64,000 bases of DNA from Nitrospinaceae bacterium (GTDB taxonomy: Bacteria; Nitrospinota; Nitrospinia; Nitrospinales; Nitrospinaceae), in contig OZ250172.1 of the NCBI GenBank assembly GCA_965237905.1, positions 544,001 through 608,000 of the forward strand. Reading direction: 5' to 3'. The notes below the pieces were generated by a model, which was given only the letters and a program-made list of their open reading frames with translations, searched no databases and was not told the origin of the DNA. Made by a program: the position numbers and the translations under genes. Positions 39,115 to 48,511 of the stretch are shown in pieces. Numbering within the stretch: the first letter of the stretch is position 1; each line of letters starts with the position of its first letter.

Positions 39115-40235
39115 TGACCATCGTTTTAAAAAAGGTCGAATCCACCAGAGATACCGACCGCTTCATACATTTTCCACGCCAACTATATTCCGACGATACC
39201 CACTGGGTGGCTCCACTGGACAGCGAGAGAAAAAAGTTTCTCTCCCCGGAGATAAACCCTTTTTTTGATCATGCCGAAGCCGAGTACTTTCTCGCTTTAT
39301 CCACCGAAGGAAAAACTCTTGGGCGCATTGCCGCCGTCGTGGACCACGACCACAATCGGTTTCACAAGGAAAATACCGGCTTCTTCGGAATGTTTGAATG
39401 CGTCAATGATGTGGAGGTTTCCTCCCTTCTATTAAACGCGGTGGAGCAATGGTGCCGGAAGAAAGAAATGGACCGAATGCGGGGTCCTCTGAGCCTGTCT
39501 ATCAACCACGAATGCGGCCTGCTCGTGGAAAATTTTGACGACCCTCCAATCCTGGGAATTCCCTACAACCCTCCCTACTACGCTGACTTGTTCCTCCACT
39601 GGGGCTTGAAAAAAATCAAGGATATGGTCTCATTCAAGATTCAAATAACCCACATCCCAGAGCATCTACAAAGAGCGGTTCCATTAATTCAAAAAAGGAA
39701 CCGGTTTAGCATACGTTGCTTGCAGATGGATCGGTTTGACGAAGAATTGGATGTCCTGTGGGAAATTTACAATGCCGCATGGGAGACCAATTGGGGGTTC
39801 GTGCCGATGAATCACAAGGAGTTCGTTTTTACGGCACGGGAAATGAAGACCGTATTGGATCCCCGGCTATGCTTCATTGCCGAGGTGAACGGTGAACCCG
39901 CCGGATTTTGCCTGACTTTGCCGGACGTGAATCAGGCACTCAAACCCATGAAAGGAAAACTGTTTCCTTTCGGCTGGCTGAAGTTTATTCTAGGTAAGAG
40001 AAGGATTAATCGCTTCCGCGTGATCACTATGGGAGTCAAAAAGCAATATCAACGTTTGGGAATCGACGCCTTTTTTTACCACGCCACCTGCAAGCAATTA
40101 ATGGAAATAAATATCTATCGGCTGGATATGTCATGGGTTCTGGAGGACAACCAGGCCATGATCGGTCCCATTGAAAGATTCGGGGGCACCCCCTACAAAA
40201 GGCATCGAATTTATGAACGAAGTCTCACTCATTAA
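39114..40235 (+). CDS. GNAT-fold N-acyltransferase, probable bacterial ceramide synthase (bCerS-like)
   Basis: WVAPL..NPFF, GRIAA, GFFG.FE, GLLVE.F, YNPPYY, NWGF.P, SWVLEDN; coupled to spt. Confidence 0.78.
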   Translation: MTIVLKKVESTRDTDRFIHFPRQLYSDDTHWVAPLDSERKKFLSPEINPFFDHAEAEYFLALSTEGKTLGRIAAVVDHDHNRFHKENTGFFGMFECVNDVEVSSLLLNAVEQWCRKKEMDRMRGPLSLSINHECGLLVENFDDPPILGIPYNPPYYADLFLHWGLKKIKDMVSFKIQITHIPEHLQRAVPLIQKRNRFSIRCLQMDRFDEELDVLWEIYNAAWETNWGFVPMNHKEFVFTAREMKTVLDPRLCFIAEVNGEPAGFCLTLPDVNQALKPMKGKLFPFGWLKFILGKRRINRFRVITMGVKKQYQRLGIDAFFYHATCKQLMEINIYRLDMSWVLEDNQAMIGPIERFGGTPYKRHRIYERSLTH

Positions 40236-41220
40236 CGGGTCATCGACGCTCGTCACCGGTGCCACCGGTTTTATCGGGAGCCATCTGGTCGACGCTTTGC
40301 TGGAACGCGGATGCAAGGTGCATTGCGTAGTCCGTGAAACCAGCAACCTGCAATGGCTCGACACGTCCCGCGTAACCCTGCACACCGGGGATCTCCATCA
40401 CCCCGAAACCTATCAGGACAGTCTCACCGAAGTGGACTATGTGTTCCATTGCGCCGGTATCACCCGTGCCAAGAACAGGCATGAATACCTGCATAACAAT
40501 GCCCGGGTTTGCATTCCTTTTTATCGAAGTTGCGTCGAGTATGGAAAACAGATCAAACGGGTGGTGCATGTCAGCAGTCTTGCGGCGGTCGGCCCCACAC
40601 CTCTCGATCAGAAAGTCGATGAAGACACTCCATGTCATCCGCTAACCTATTACGGCAAATCCAAGTTGACCGGCGAAGAGATTGCCTTGGGATATGCTTC
40701 GGAACTTCCTATGGTGGTTCTACGTCCACCGGTGGTGTACGGGGAACGGGAAATCAACTTTTTCTCTTACTTAAAAGCCATCAAGTGGAGATTGGCCATC
40801 AAAATAGGGACCGCGCCGCGAACCCTCTCCCTTATTCATGTCAAAGATCTGGTCGATGCGATGATCCGGGCGGTGGAGGCTCCGGACCCGGATCGAAATG
40901 TTTTTTTCATCACCGACGGCACTATTTATTCGTGGGACGATGTGGCCAATGCCGCCATGAAAGCTCTGGAGGTCCGGGCGCAGACCGTGATCATCCCGGT
41001 TTCGTTGATGGGCTTTGCCGCCATGGTATCGGAATTTCTGGCAAAAATGGGAAACCGAACCCCGCTCCTCGACCGGCAACGGATGATCGATCTCCGCCAA
41101 AGCTCATGGACGGCATCGCCTCAGCGATTTTTCGACCATTATTCCTTCCAACCCCGGCTTGACCTGAATCAGGGCTTGAAACAGACATGCGCCTGGTATA
41201 AACAACAGGGGTGGCTCTGA
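40213..41220 (+). CDS. NAD-dependent epimerase/reductase, probable ceramide (3-keto) reductase
   Basis: TGATGFIG, VSSLAA, YGKSK, RPPVVYG; overlaps the GNAT gene. Confidence 0.75.
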   Translation: MNEVSLINGSSTLVTGATGFIGSHLVDALLERGCKVHCVVRETSNLQWLDTSRVTLHTGDLHHPETYQDSLTEVDYVFHCAGITRAKNRHEYLHNNARVCIPFYRSCVEYGKQIKRVVHVSSLAAVGPTPLDQKVDEDTPCHPLTYYGKSKLTGEEIALGYASELPMVVLRPPVVYGEREINFFSYLKAIKWRLAIKIGTAPRTLSLIHVKDLVDAMIRAVEAPDPDRNVFFITDGTIYSWDDVANAAMKALEVRAQTVIIPVSLMGFAAMVSEFLAKMGNRTPLLDRQRMIDLRQSSWTASPQRFFDHYSFQPRLDLNQGLKQTCAWYKQQGWL

Positions 41221-41221
41221 A

Positions 41222-42082
41222 ATGTCTTTGCAAGACCAGATCAATCAAATCCGAAAAGACCTGGCAGAACCGGTGGTCCGGTGGATTCAGGAACCGGCCG
41301 CGCGGCCGCTCGTCTATGCTTTTAAAGAAACTCCAGTCACACCCAACCAAGTCACAGGCCTCTCGGCCATTCTGGCCATTGTGGCGGCGTATTTTTTTAG
41401 TTTTGGGGATACCCGCTCCATGATTCAGGGGGGGATTATTTTTGAAATATCCCTTATTCTGGATAGTGTGGATGGGGAACTCGCCCGGGCCAAAGGCTTG
41501 GCCAGCGAATGGGGGCGCATCGTGGACGGCATCGGCGATTACGTTTCCAGCATCGCCGTTTTAATTGGATTGATGATTGGGCTTCCCGACTCCAGGGGAG
41601 CACTACTCATTCTGGCGTTCCTCATATTTTTAAGAGGCGTCACTTTTGACTACTTCAAAGAAAGCATGATGAACAGAATAAAGCACGGGTATGACGGGTC
41701 ACAACGCGATATCCAAAAAACTTATGAAAAAATATCCGCATCCTCCTCCTTTATACTCAGAATCTATTTTTATTATTTGCAACTCCAGCAATTGCTGTTC
41801 AGAGGACATTGGACTTCTTTCAAGGGTTATGCTTCAGCCGGGTCATCGAAGGACGCCGCTTGGCCGGAAGAACAAAGACTACGCTATTATCAGGAAAAAC
41901 GACCCTTGATCATTCTTTGGAAATGGAACGGGCCGGATTTGATTTTTTTTCTCATCGCCCTGCTTTCCTGTTTTTCTATTCTGGATAGTTACTTGCAGTG
42001 GCTCTCAGGATTCATGATCATACAGTTGGTTATAACGTTCCTTCTTCATCATTATATGATTCGCAATGAAAAATATTCTTAA
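41222..42082 (+). CDS. CDP-alcohol phosphatidyltransferase family protein
   Basis: TPNQVT and D.VDG.LAR....S..G...D...D signature. Confidence 0.9.
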   Translation: MSLQDQINQIRKDLAEPVVRWIQEPAARPLVYAFKETPVTPNQVTGLSAILAIVAAYFFSFGDTRSMIQGGIIFEISLILDSVDGELARAKGLASEWGRIVDGIGDYVSSIAVLIGLMIGLPDSRGALLILAFLIFLRGVTFDYFKESMMNRIKHGYDGSQRDIQKTYEKISASSSFILRIYFYYLQLQQLLFRGHWTSFKGYASAGSSKDAAWPEEQRLRYYQEKRPLIILWKWNGPDLIFFLIALLSCFSILDSYLQWLSGFMIIQLVITFLLHHYMIRNEKYS

Positions 42083-44477
42083 GTGGTGCTATCTTAATAT
42101 AACTTCAAGAAATCCGTGGCTCCTGGTAACGTGCGCCGCTCTGGTAACGCTCGGAGCCCTCTGGATTGCCTCCGGCTTGACCTACAGCCCTCGCCTGGAC
42201 AACCTCCTCCCTCAAGACCTGGAACTTGTCCAGGAGTTCAACCAGGTGATAGAAAAAACAGGAGGTACCGGACCCCTGGTGGTGGTTCTGGACGGCTTAA
42301 AACCAAAAGAAGCACCCGGAGTTATCGATAGCCTGACCGGAAGATTTCAACGGGTCCCTGATGTTTATTTTGTAGACTTCCGGGTACCGGTTAAGTTTTT
42401 AAACAACCGCCAATTGCTGTTCGCCACTCAAAGTGATCTGGAAGAACTGGATCAAGTGATTGAGGGGGCTATTGAACACGCCCGCAGCTCGGTGACCCAA
42501 TTTTTCGGAACTACTCAGGATTCCTATAATCCCTCCAAACTCCAAGACCTGTCCGGCCATTATAAAATCTTTGAAAATATCCAACCGTTCTATAAGGGCA
42601 AAAGCGGAAAACGCTATTATATTTTTATTCAACCTCGCGGCACGGCCTCCAATACAGGTTTCACCCAACAATTCGTTGAGTCGATTCAGGAGCAAGTCGA
42701 TCAGTTCCTTGCAAAAAATCGGTTCCCGAATTTGAAAATCCAGTTTTCCGGAGGCATGATTACACGTATCGAGGAAAACCGGGTCATCCAAAATGATTTA
42801 AAAAATTCAGCGATCGTCACCGTGGTTCTGGTCACATTCATTCTAGCTCTGTACAACCGGTCCGTCCTCTCCATTATTCTACTATTCATTCCCCTGATCA
42901 CCTCCCTCAGCCTGACCTTCGCGCTCACCCGCCTGCTGATTGGCCACGTCAACATTGTTTCCGGGTTTTTGGTCGCGATACTGACCGGATTGGGAATCAA
43001 TTATGGGATACATTTATACATTCGATTCAAGCAGGAATTACGCAAAGGCCAAACCATCCCGGCGGCGGCAGAGCTGGTCGCCACCCAGGTAGGTCGATCC
43101 GGTGTCATCGCCATGGCCACAACCATCAGCGTCTTCTCTTTGTTAATGTTTTCCGATTTCCGCGGATTCTCTGAGTTCGGTGCCATTGCAGCTATCGGGA
43201 TCATGTGCTCCTTCCTCAGCTATTTTTTCCTGTTGCCTGCTTTGATTCTTTGCGCCGACAAAATTCACGGATTACGGAAGCCCCGGCCCCGGCTGTTCTC
43301 TTTAAGAATTTCCGCCATCTATTCCAAAACCCCTCTCTTTCTGGCGGCCATGTTCATCGTGTTGCTGATCTCCAGCCTGTTTCTCCTTCCCGATATTGAG
43401 TTCGAGCACGATTTCCGAAAACTGCGTGGAGAATCGCCGGCTGCCGACTTTGAAGCAGAAACCTCAGAAGACTTTGGGTTCGCCTTTTCTCCAACTGTGA
43501 TTATGACTCCCAACAAAGAGGATCTCTTCCAAATCCATCAGGCTCTTCAAACCCTCAAGGAGAAGTACGGGGACGACTCCACCATAGGAATTCACCATTC
43601 ACTGGATCTGTTCAGCCTCAAGCAATACGAAAGCAAAAAAGCGGTCCTGAAGCACATCCATGATAAATTGATCAAAGACCGGGATATCATTGAAATATCC
43701 ATGGGGACACAGCGATACCGCAAGCTCAAACGTCTGGTGGAAGCCAAACCCTTCGACGAAAAACATATCCCTCCTAATTTATTGAAACGCTTTATGGCGG
43801 GGGATCAATACCTGCTCCTGATTTTTTCTCCGGCAAATAAAAACTTTTTCGATGTAAGAAATATTTATCAACTCAAAAAGGAAATCACTGAACTCAAGGC
43901 ATCCCTCGCCAAAGACAATATCCACTTTGCAGTATTGAATGAGAACCTGCTGGCCGCCGCTATTTTGGACTTGGTTCAACAGAAAGGCCCACAAACCCTG
44001 GCTTGGGCCATGGGACTGGTATTTTTAATCCTGCTCTGGGACTACCGGAGCCCCCGGCTGGCCTTCAAAACCTTCCTTCCCCTGTTTACGGGTCTGGCTC
44101 TGACCGGAGCGTTGATGGCCGTCTTTCATATCAAACTGAATTTCATCAATATGGTGATGCTTCCCTCAATTGTCGGTATAATGGTCGATCATTGCGTTTA
44201 TCTGGGGCATCACATTCTGGATTATTCCCGGTATGAGACCACCAAATCCGTCAAGGAAACCGGAAGCGCTATTATTCTATCCGCCTTGGCAAGCCTGGCG
44301 GGATATATCAGCCTGAATATCGCACAGCATGCCGGAGTACGATCCATCGCTCATGTCGTGGAAGTAGGAATCATCGTCTGCACCCTGTGCGCTTTGTTCA
44401 TGCTCCCGGTATTGTTTCAAATGGGCGCCCACAAGTCTCCTTCATACAGAGCGCCCCAACCGGACAAGCAGGATTGA
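42066..44477 (+). CDS. MMPL/RND family lipid transporter
   Basis: Two repeats of TM + large periplasmic loop + 5 TM; GLGINYGIH, SDFRGFSEFG, GI.VD... Confidence 0.88.
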   Translation: MKNILKWCYLNITSRNPWLLVTCAALVTLGALWIASGLTYSPRLDNLLPQDLELVQEFNQVIEKTGGTGPLVVVLDGLKPKEAPGVIDSLTGRFQRVPDVYFVDFRVPVKFLNNRQLLFATQSDLEELDQVIEGAIEHARSSVTQFFGTTQDSYNPSKLQDLSGHYKIFENIQPFYKGKSGKRYYIFIQPRGTASNTGFTQQFVESIQEQVDQFLAKNRFPNLKIQFSGGMITRIEENRVIQNDLKNSAIVTVVLVTFILALYNRSVLSIILLFIPLITSLSLTFALTRLLIGHVNIVSGFLVAILTGLGINYGIHLYIRFKQELRKGQTIPAAAELVATQVGRSGVIAMATTISVFSLLMFSDFRGFSEFGAIAAIGIMCSFLSYFFLLPALILCADKIHGLRKPRPRLFSLRISAIYSKTPLFLAAMFIVLLISSLFLLPDIEFEHDFRKLRGESPAADFEAETSEDFGFAFSPTVIMTPNKEDLFQIHQALQTLKEKYGDDSTIGIHHSLDLFSLKQYESKKAVLKHIHDKLIKDRDIIEISMGTQRYRKLKRLVEAKPFDEKHIPPNLLKRFMAGDQYLLLIFSPANKNFFDVRNIYQLKKEITELKASLAKDNIHFAVLNENLLAAAILDLVQQKGPQTLAWAMGLVFLILLWDYRSPRLAFKTFLPLFTGLALTGALMAVFHIKLNFINMVMLPSIVGIMVDHCVYLGHHILDYSRYETTKSVKETGSAIILSALASLAGYISLNIAQHAGVRSIAHVVEVGIIVCTLCALFMLPVLFQMGAHKSPSYRAPQPDKQD

Positions 44478-44523
44478 ATCGAGTCGGTGCCAACGGATTT
44501 CGATATTTGAATGAGGCTTCTTC

Positions 44524-46176
44524 ATGAACGATTCTTCACCCTTCGAAGGAAAACCCATCTCCAAAATTGCTTCCAAGCTGGGGCTGAAAGAAGAAGATTG
44601 GATTCCCTATGGCACGACCAAAGCCAAGGTCAATCTCGATGTTCTAAAAAAGCACCCACCCCGCGGCAAACTGATTCTGGTCTCCGCCATCACCCCCACC
44701 CCGGCGGGCGAAGGCAAAACCACCACAACCATCGGATTAGGACAGGCCCTGGCACATCAGGGGGAATCTGTCAGCATCGCTTTGCGCGAACCGTCCCTCG
44801 GCCCGTGCCTGGGCATGAAAGGCGGCGCCACCGGCGGAGGCTTGAGCCAGGTGCACCCCGCCGAAGAAATCAATCTCCACTTCACGGGTGATTTCCACGC
44901 CATCACTGCCGCGCATAATCTGCTGGCCGCCCTCCTCGATAACAGAATTTACCGCGAGGAAGCGGTGGCTATTGATCCGCGCCGCATCACCTGGAAACGG
45001 GTCGTCGATATGAACGACCGTGCCCTGCGGAATATCATCATCGGCTTGGGCGGAGTCCTGCAGGGCGTACCGCGTGAATCGGGATTCGATATTACCGCGG
45101 CCTCCGAAATCATGGCCATCCTCTGCCTGGCCAAAGATTACGACGATTTGAAAACCCGCCTGGGCCGCATCCTCGTTGCGTTCACCTACGACGGCAAACC
45201 GGTCACCGCCGACTCGTTGAACGCCACCGGCGCGTTGTCCGCTCTGTTGAAAGACGCGCTCATGCCGAACCTCGTACAGACCACCGAAGGCGTTCCGGCC
45301 TTCATCCACGGCGGACCGTTCGCCAACATCGCCCACGGATGCAACTCGGTGATCGCCACCACAATGGCACTGGGATTGGCGGATTGGGTGATTACTGAAG
45401 CCGGATTCGGATTCGACCTGGGAGCGGAAAAGTTTTTCGACATCAAATGCCAAAGCGCGGGACTGGACACCGCCGCCGTTGTGCTGGTGGCCACCTGCCG
45501 GGCACTCAAAATGCACGGCGGCGTCTCCAAGGACAAGCTCACCGAAAAAAATAAGGAAGCCCTGCAAAAAGGCCTGGCTAATCTTGACAAACACGTCGAG
45601 AACATCCACAAATTCTGCGAACCGCCGGTGGTCTGCCTCAACCGCTTCGCCACCGATCACAATGAAGAAATCGAACTGATCCGCAACCACTGCCTGAAAA
45701 ATTTAGGCGTACCCTTCGCAGTCAGCAATCATTTTGAAGAAGGTGGCAAAGGCGGAGTGGAACTTGCACAGGCGGTGATGCGACACGCAGAGAAAACCTC
45801 GAGTCCATTTTGCCCGCTCTACGACTGGCAAGAGGGCGTCAAAACAAAAATCTGGAAAGTGGCGAACGGTATGTACGGCGCGGAGAACATCGTTTACACC
45901 AAAAAAGCGGAGCGCGATCTGAAATCCATCGAACAACTGGGATACGACAAATTACCGGTGTGCATTGCCAAAACGCCGCAATCGCTGTCCGACGATCCCA
46001 AACTGCTGGGCCGGCCCACAGGATTCACCGTGACCGTGCGTGAAATCATCATTTCGGCGGGCGCCGGATTTCTCGTCCCTATCACCGGAGACATCATGCG
46101 CATGCCCGGCCTGCCGAAAAGCCCACAGGCGGAACACATCGACGTGGTCGACGGCCACATCACCGGCGTGAAATAG
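44524..46176 (+). CDS. fhs: formate--tetrahydrofolate ligase
   Basis: PTPAGEGKTT, LREPSLGP, HGGPFANIAHG, TEAGFG, MPGLP. Confidence 0.97.
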   Translation: MNDSSPFEGKPISKIASKLGLKEEDWIPYGTTKAKVNLDVLKKHPPRGKLILVSAITPTPAGEGKTTTTIGLGQALAHQGESVSIALREPSLGPCLGMKGGATGGGLSQVHPAEEINLHFTGDFHAITAAHNLLAALLDNRIYREEAVAIDPRRITWKRVVDMNDRALRNIIIGLGGVLQGVPRESGFDITAASEIMAILCLAKDYDDLKTRLGRILVAFTYDGKPVTADSLNATGALSALLKDALMPNLVQTTEGVPAFIHGGPFANIAHGCNSVIATTMALGLADWVITEAGFGFDLGAEKFFDIKCQSAGLDTAAVVLVATCRALKMHGGVSKDKLTEKNKEALQKGLANLDKHVENIHKFCEPPVVCLNRFATDHNEEIELIRNHCLKNLGVPFAVSNHFEEGGKGGVELAQAVMRHAEKTSSPFCPLYDWQEGVKTKIWKVANGMYGAENIVYTKKAERDLKSIEQLGYDKLPVCIAKTPQSLSDDPKLLGRPTGFTVTVREIIISAGAGFLVPITGDIMRMPGLPKSPQAEHIDVVDGHITGVK

Positions 46177-46196
46177 ACCGGACTCCTCAGAAATCC

Positions 46197-46565
46197 CTAT
46201 TCATAATAGGAAGCCCCGCAATTGGGCATCTCGTAAATTTCCACTTTTTTGATGCGGACGCCATCGCTATTGAGATCGGCGCTCAGTTTTTTGTACAACC
46301 AGCGCGCGATATTTTCTGCGGAGGGGTTGTCTTTATCGAAGGGCGGTATTTCGTTGATGTTCTTGTAGTCGAGAAGGGACAGGCAGGACCCGACTTTTTC
46401 CTTGAGCTTGACGAAATCGATACCGACACCGATCGAATCCAACTCCTTCGCCTCGGCAGTAACGGATGCCGTCCAGTTGTGACCGTGCAGGTTTTCAAAC
46501 TGGCCGTCATACCCTTTCAACCGGTGTGCCGCCGAGAATTGTGTGGTCACATAAACTTCATACAT
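46197..46565 (-). CDS. queD: 6-carboxytetrahydropterin synthase
   Basis: FSAAH.L, HGHNW, DF..LK, NPSAENIA. Confidence 0.9.
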   Translation of the reverse strand: MYEVYVTTQFSAAHRLKGYDGQFENLHGHNWTASVTAEAKELDSIGVGIDFVKLKEKVGSCLSLLDYKNINEIPPFDKDNPSAENIARWLYKKLSADLNSDGVRIKKVEIYEMPNCGASYYE

Positions 46566-46593
46566 AATCAGACCAATTCATAAAAAATTTCTA

Positions 46594-47070
46594 GACAGGA
46601 TAACAGGATAAAAACCAAGATTAAATACAATCTATTTAATACCTTTGAGGTCTTTAACCTTACGCTTCACTTCTACTTTTTCGTCCCCAAAATTGAGCAA
46701 TAGACCTAACGGTTGTCTTGTGGCAACTAAATAATTCACTAACTGGACCTCGTGAATTTTATTAATTTTCTGAACTGCTTTCAGCTCCAGAATAATTGAA
46801 TCGTTAACTATGCTATCAGCTATGAATTCACCAACAATTATATCACCATAATATACTTTAATCGGTTTTTGAGTTTCAGCATCCAGACCAAGACTTTTCA
46901 ATTCAATCATCATGCATTTCTCATAAACACTCTCCAAAAAGCCTGATCCCATTTGATTATGGACTTTATAAGCACATCCAATTATTCTCTCGGTTATTTC
47001 TTTATATTCCATAACTTTTGAATCTGCCCTTAATGGTCCATAACTCCTTCCTCTATCCTGTTATCCTGTC
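46594..47070. repeat. 17-bp perfect inverted repeats flanking the GxxExxY gene
   Basis: GACAGGATAACAGGATA (46594..46610) and TATCCTGTTATCCTGTC (47054..47070); a further partial copy at 47091..47101. Confidence 0.8.
46632..47012 (-). CDS. GxxExxY family (PD-(D/E)XK-like) protein
   Basis: VH..MGSGFLESVYE, ELKAV, Q..NYL, GLLLNFG; AT-rich. Confidence 0.93.
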   Translation of the reverse strand: MEYKEITERIIGCAYKVHNQMGSGFLESVYEKCMMIELKSLGLDAETQKPIKVYYGDIIVGEFIADSIVNDSIILELKAVQKINKIHEVQLVNYLVATRQPLGLLLNFGDEKVEVKRKVKDLKGIK

Positions 47071-47104
47071 AAAAAGGTTTTAAGACTGTGGTTATCCTGT
47101 CCAG

Positions 47105-48484
47105 TCATTTTCCCAAGACGGCGGTTATGCTTTCATGGGCCGCGTTCACCATGGTTTCAATCTGGTCGGGCTCGGTCACCAGTGGCGGAATAAAATAAAC
47201 CACATTCCCCAGGGGACGCAAATACACTTCGCGCTTCAGACCCTCAAGAAAAATCTGATACCCCACCCTCTGCTCAACGGGAAACGGTTCGAGCATTGCG
47301 CGGTTTTGAACCAACTCCACCGCCGCGATCATCCCGGTTTGACGAAACTCACCACACCAGGGCAGATCGCACAGGATTTCACCCTGCTCATGCATCGATT
47401 CTATTTTCGCTTGCAGACTGTCCATAAACCCAGCTTCGGTCAACAGGTCCAACGTTACATTGGCGGCGGCGCAGGCCAACGGGTTGGCCGAATAACTGTG
47501 GCTGTGAATGAACAGTTTAAACGACTCGTAATCGTCATAAAACGCCTGATAAATTTCGTCCGTGGTCAATGTCGCGGCCAGTGGCAGATATCCGGAAGTG
47601 ATCCCCTTGGACAAACACACAAAGGTGGGATTCAACCCGTGATGTTCAGACACGAATAAAGAACCCGTCCTCCCGAAGCCCACCGCCACTTCATCATAGA
47701 TAACATGCACGTCCGATGCCTTACAGGCATCCTCCAGTTTTTTCAGATACACGGGGGGATACATTTTCATCCCCGCGGCGCCCTGCACCAACGGTTCGAG
47801 GATCACCCCGGCGACCGCATCCCGGTTTTTCTCCAGAGCCTGCGCCATCGGCTCGAAACACTCGGCCCGGCAGGACTCACGCTTTAAACCGAACGGACAG
47901 TGCAGGCAATCCGGTCCCTCGACCTCAAAGTTTTGCGGGAGTACTTTTTCAAATTTTTTACGGAACAAATCTATCCCGCACACCGAGAGCGCTCCCAATG
48001 TTTCGCCGTGATAGCCGCCCTTTAAATAAATGAATTTCGTCTTTTGAGGTTTGCCGGTCTGCAACCAGTATTGCAGACTCATCTTCAACGCCACTTCCAC
48101 GGCGGTGGATCCATTGTCCGAAAAAAATACTTTAGTCAATCTGGGGGAAGACGTTTTCACCAGTTTTTCCGCGAGGTCGATGGCGGGTTGGTGCGTCACG
48201 CCGGCGAACATCACGTGCGCCATTTTGTCCAGTTGATCCTTGATGGCTTGGTTGATGCGGGGATGGTTATGTCCGAACAGGTTGACCCACCAGGAGGAAA
48301 TCACATCCATGTACCGGTTCCCCTTCCGGTCGTACAGATAAATGCCCTCGGCCCGGTCAATGAGAAGCGGAGGCACCTCGGCATGGTCCTTCATCTGGGT
48401 GCAGGGATGCCAGACGTGATGAAAGTCCCGGACCAAATCCTCGTCCTGTTTAGGGTTCACAAATGCCAGCGGCGAATTCGCCAT
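47105..48484 (-). CDS. bioA: adenosylmethionine--8-amino-7-oxononanoate transaminase
   Basis: VWHPCTQM, SSWWVN..GH, YHGET, DEVA.GFGRTG, SKG.T.GY. Confidence 0.96.
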   Translation of the reverse strand: MANSPLAFVNPKQDEDLVRDFHHVWHPCTQMKDHAEVPPLLIDRAEGIYLYDRKGNRYMDVISSWWVNLFGHNHPRINQAIKDQLDKMAHVMFAGVTHQPAIDLAEKLVKTSSPRLTKVFFSDNGSTAVEVALKMSLQYWLQTGKPQKTKFIYLKGGYHGETLGALSVCGIDLFRKKFEKVLPQNFEVEGPDCLHCPFGLKRESCRAECFEPMAQALEKNRDAVAGVILEPLVQGAAGMKMYPPVYLKKLEDACKASDVHVIYDEVAVGFGRTGSLFVSEHHGLNPTFVCLSKGITSGYLPLAATLTTDEIYQAFYDDYESFKLFIHSHSYSANPLACAAANVTLDLLTEAGFMDSLQAKIESMHEQGEILCDLPWCGEFRQTGMIAAVELVQNRAMLEPFPVEQRVGYQIFLEGLKREVYLRPLGNVVYFIPPLVTEPDQIETMVNAAHESITAVLGK

Positions 48485-48511
48485 AGAACGCTCACTTTTT
48501 ATTTAAAACTA

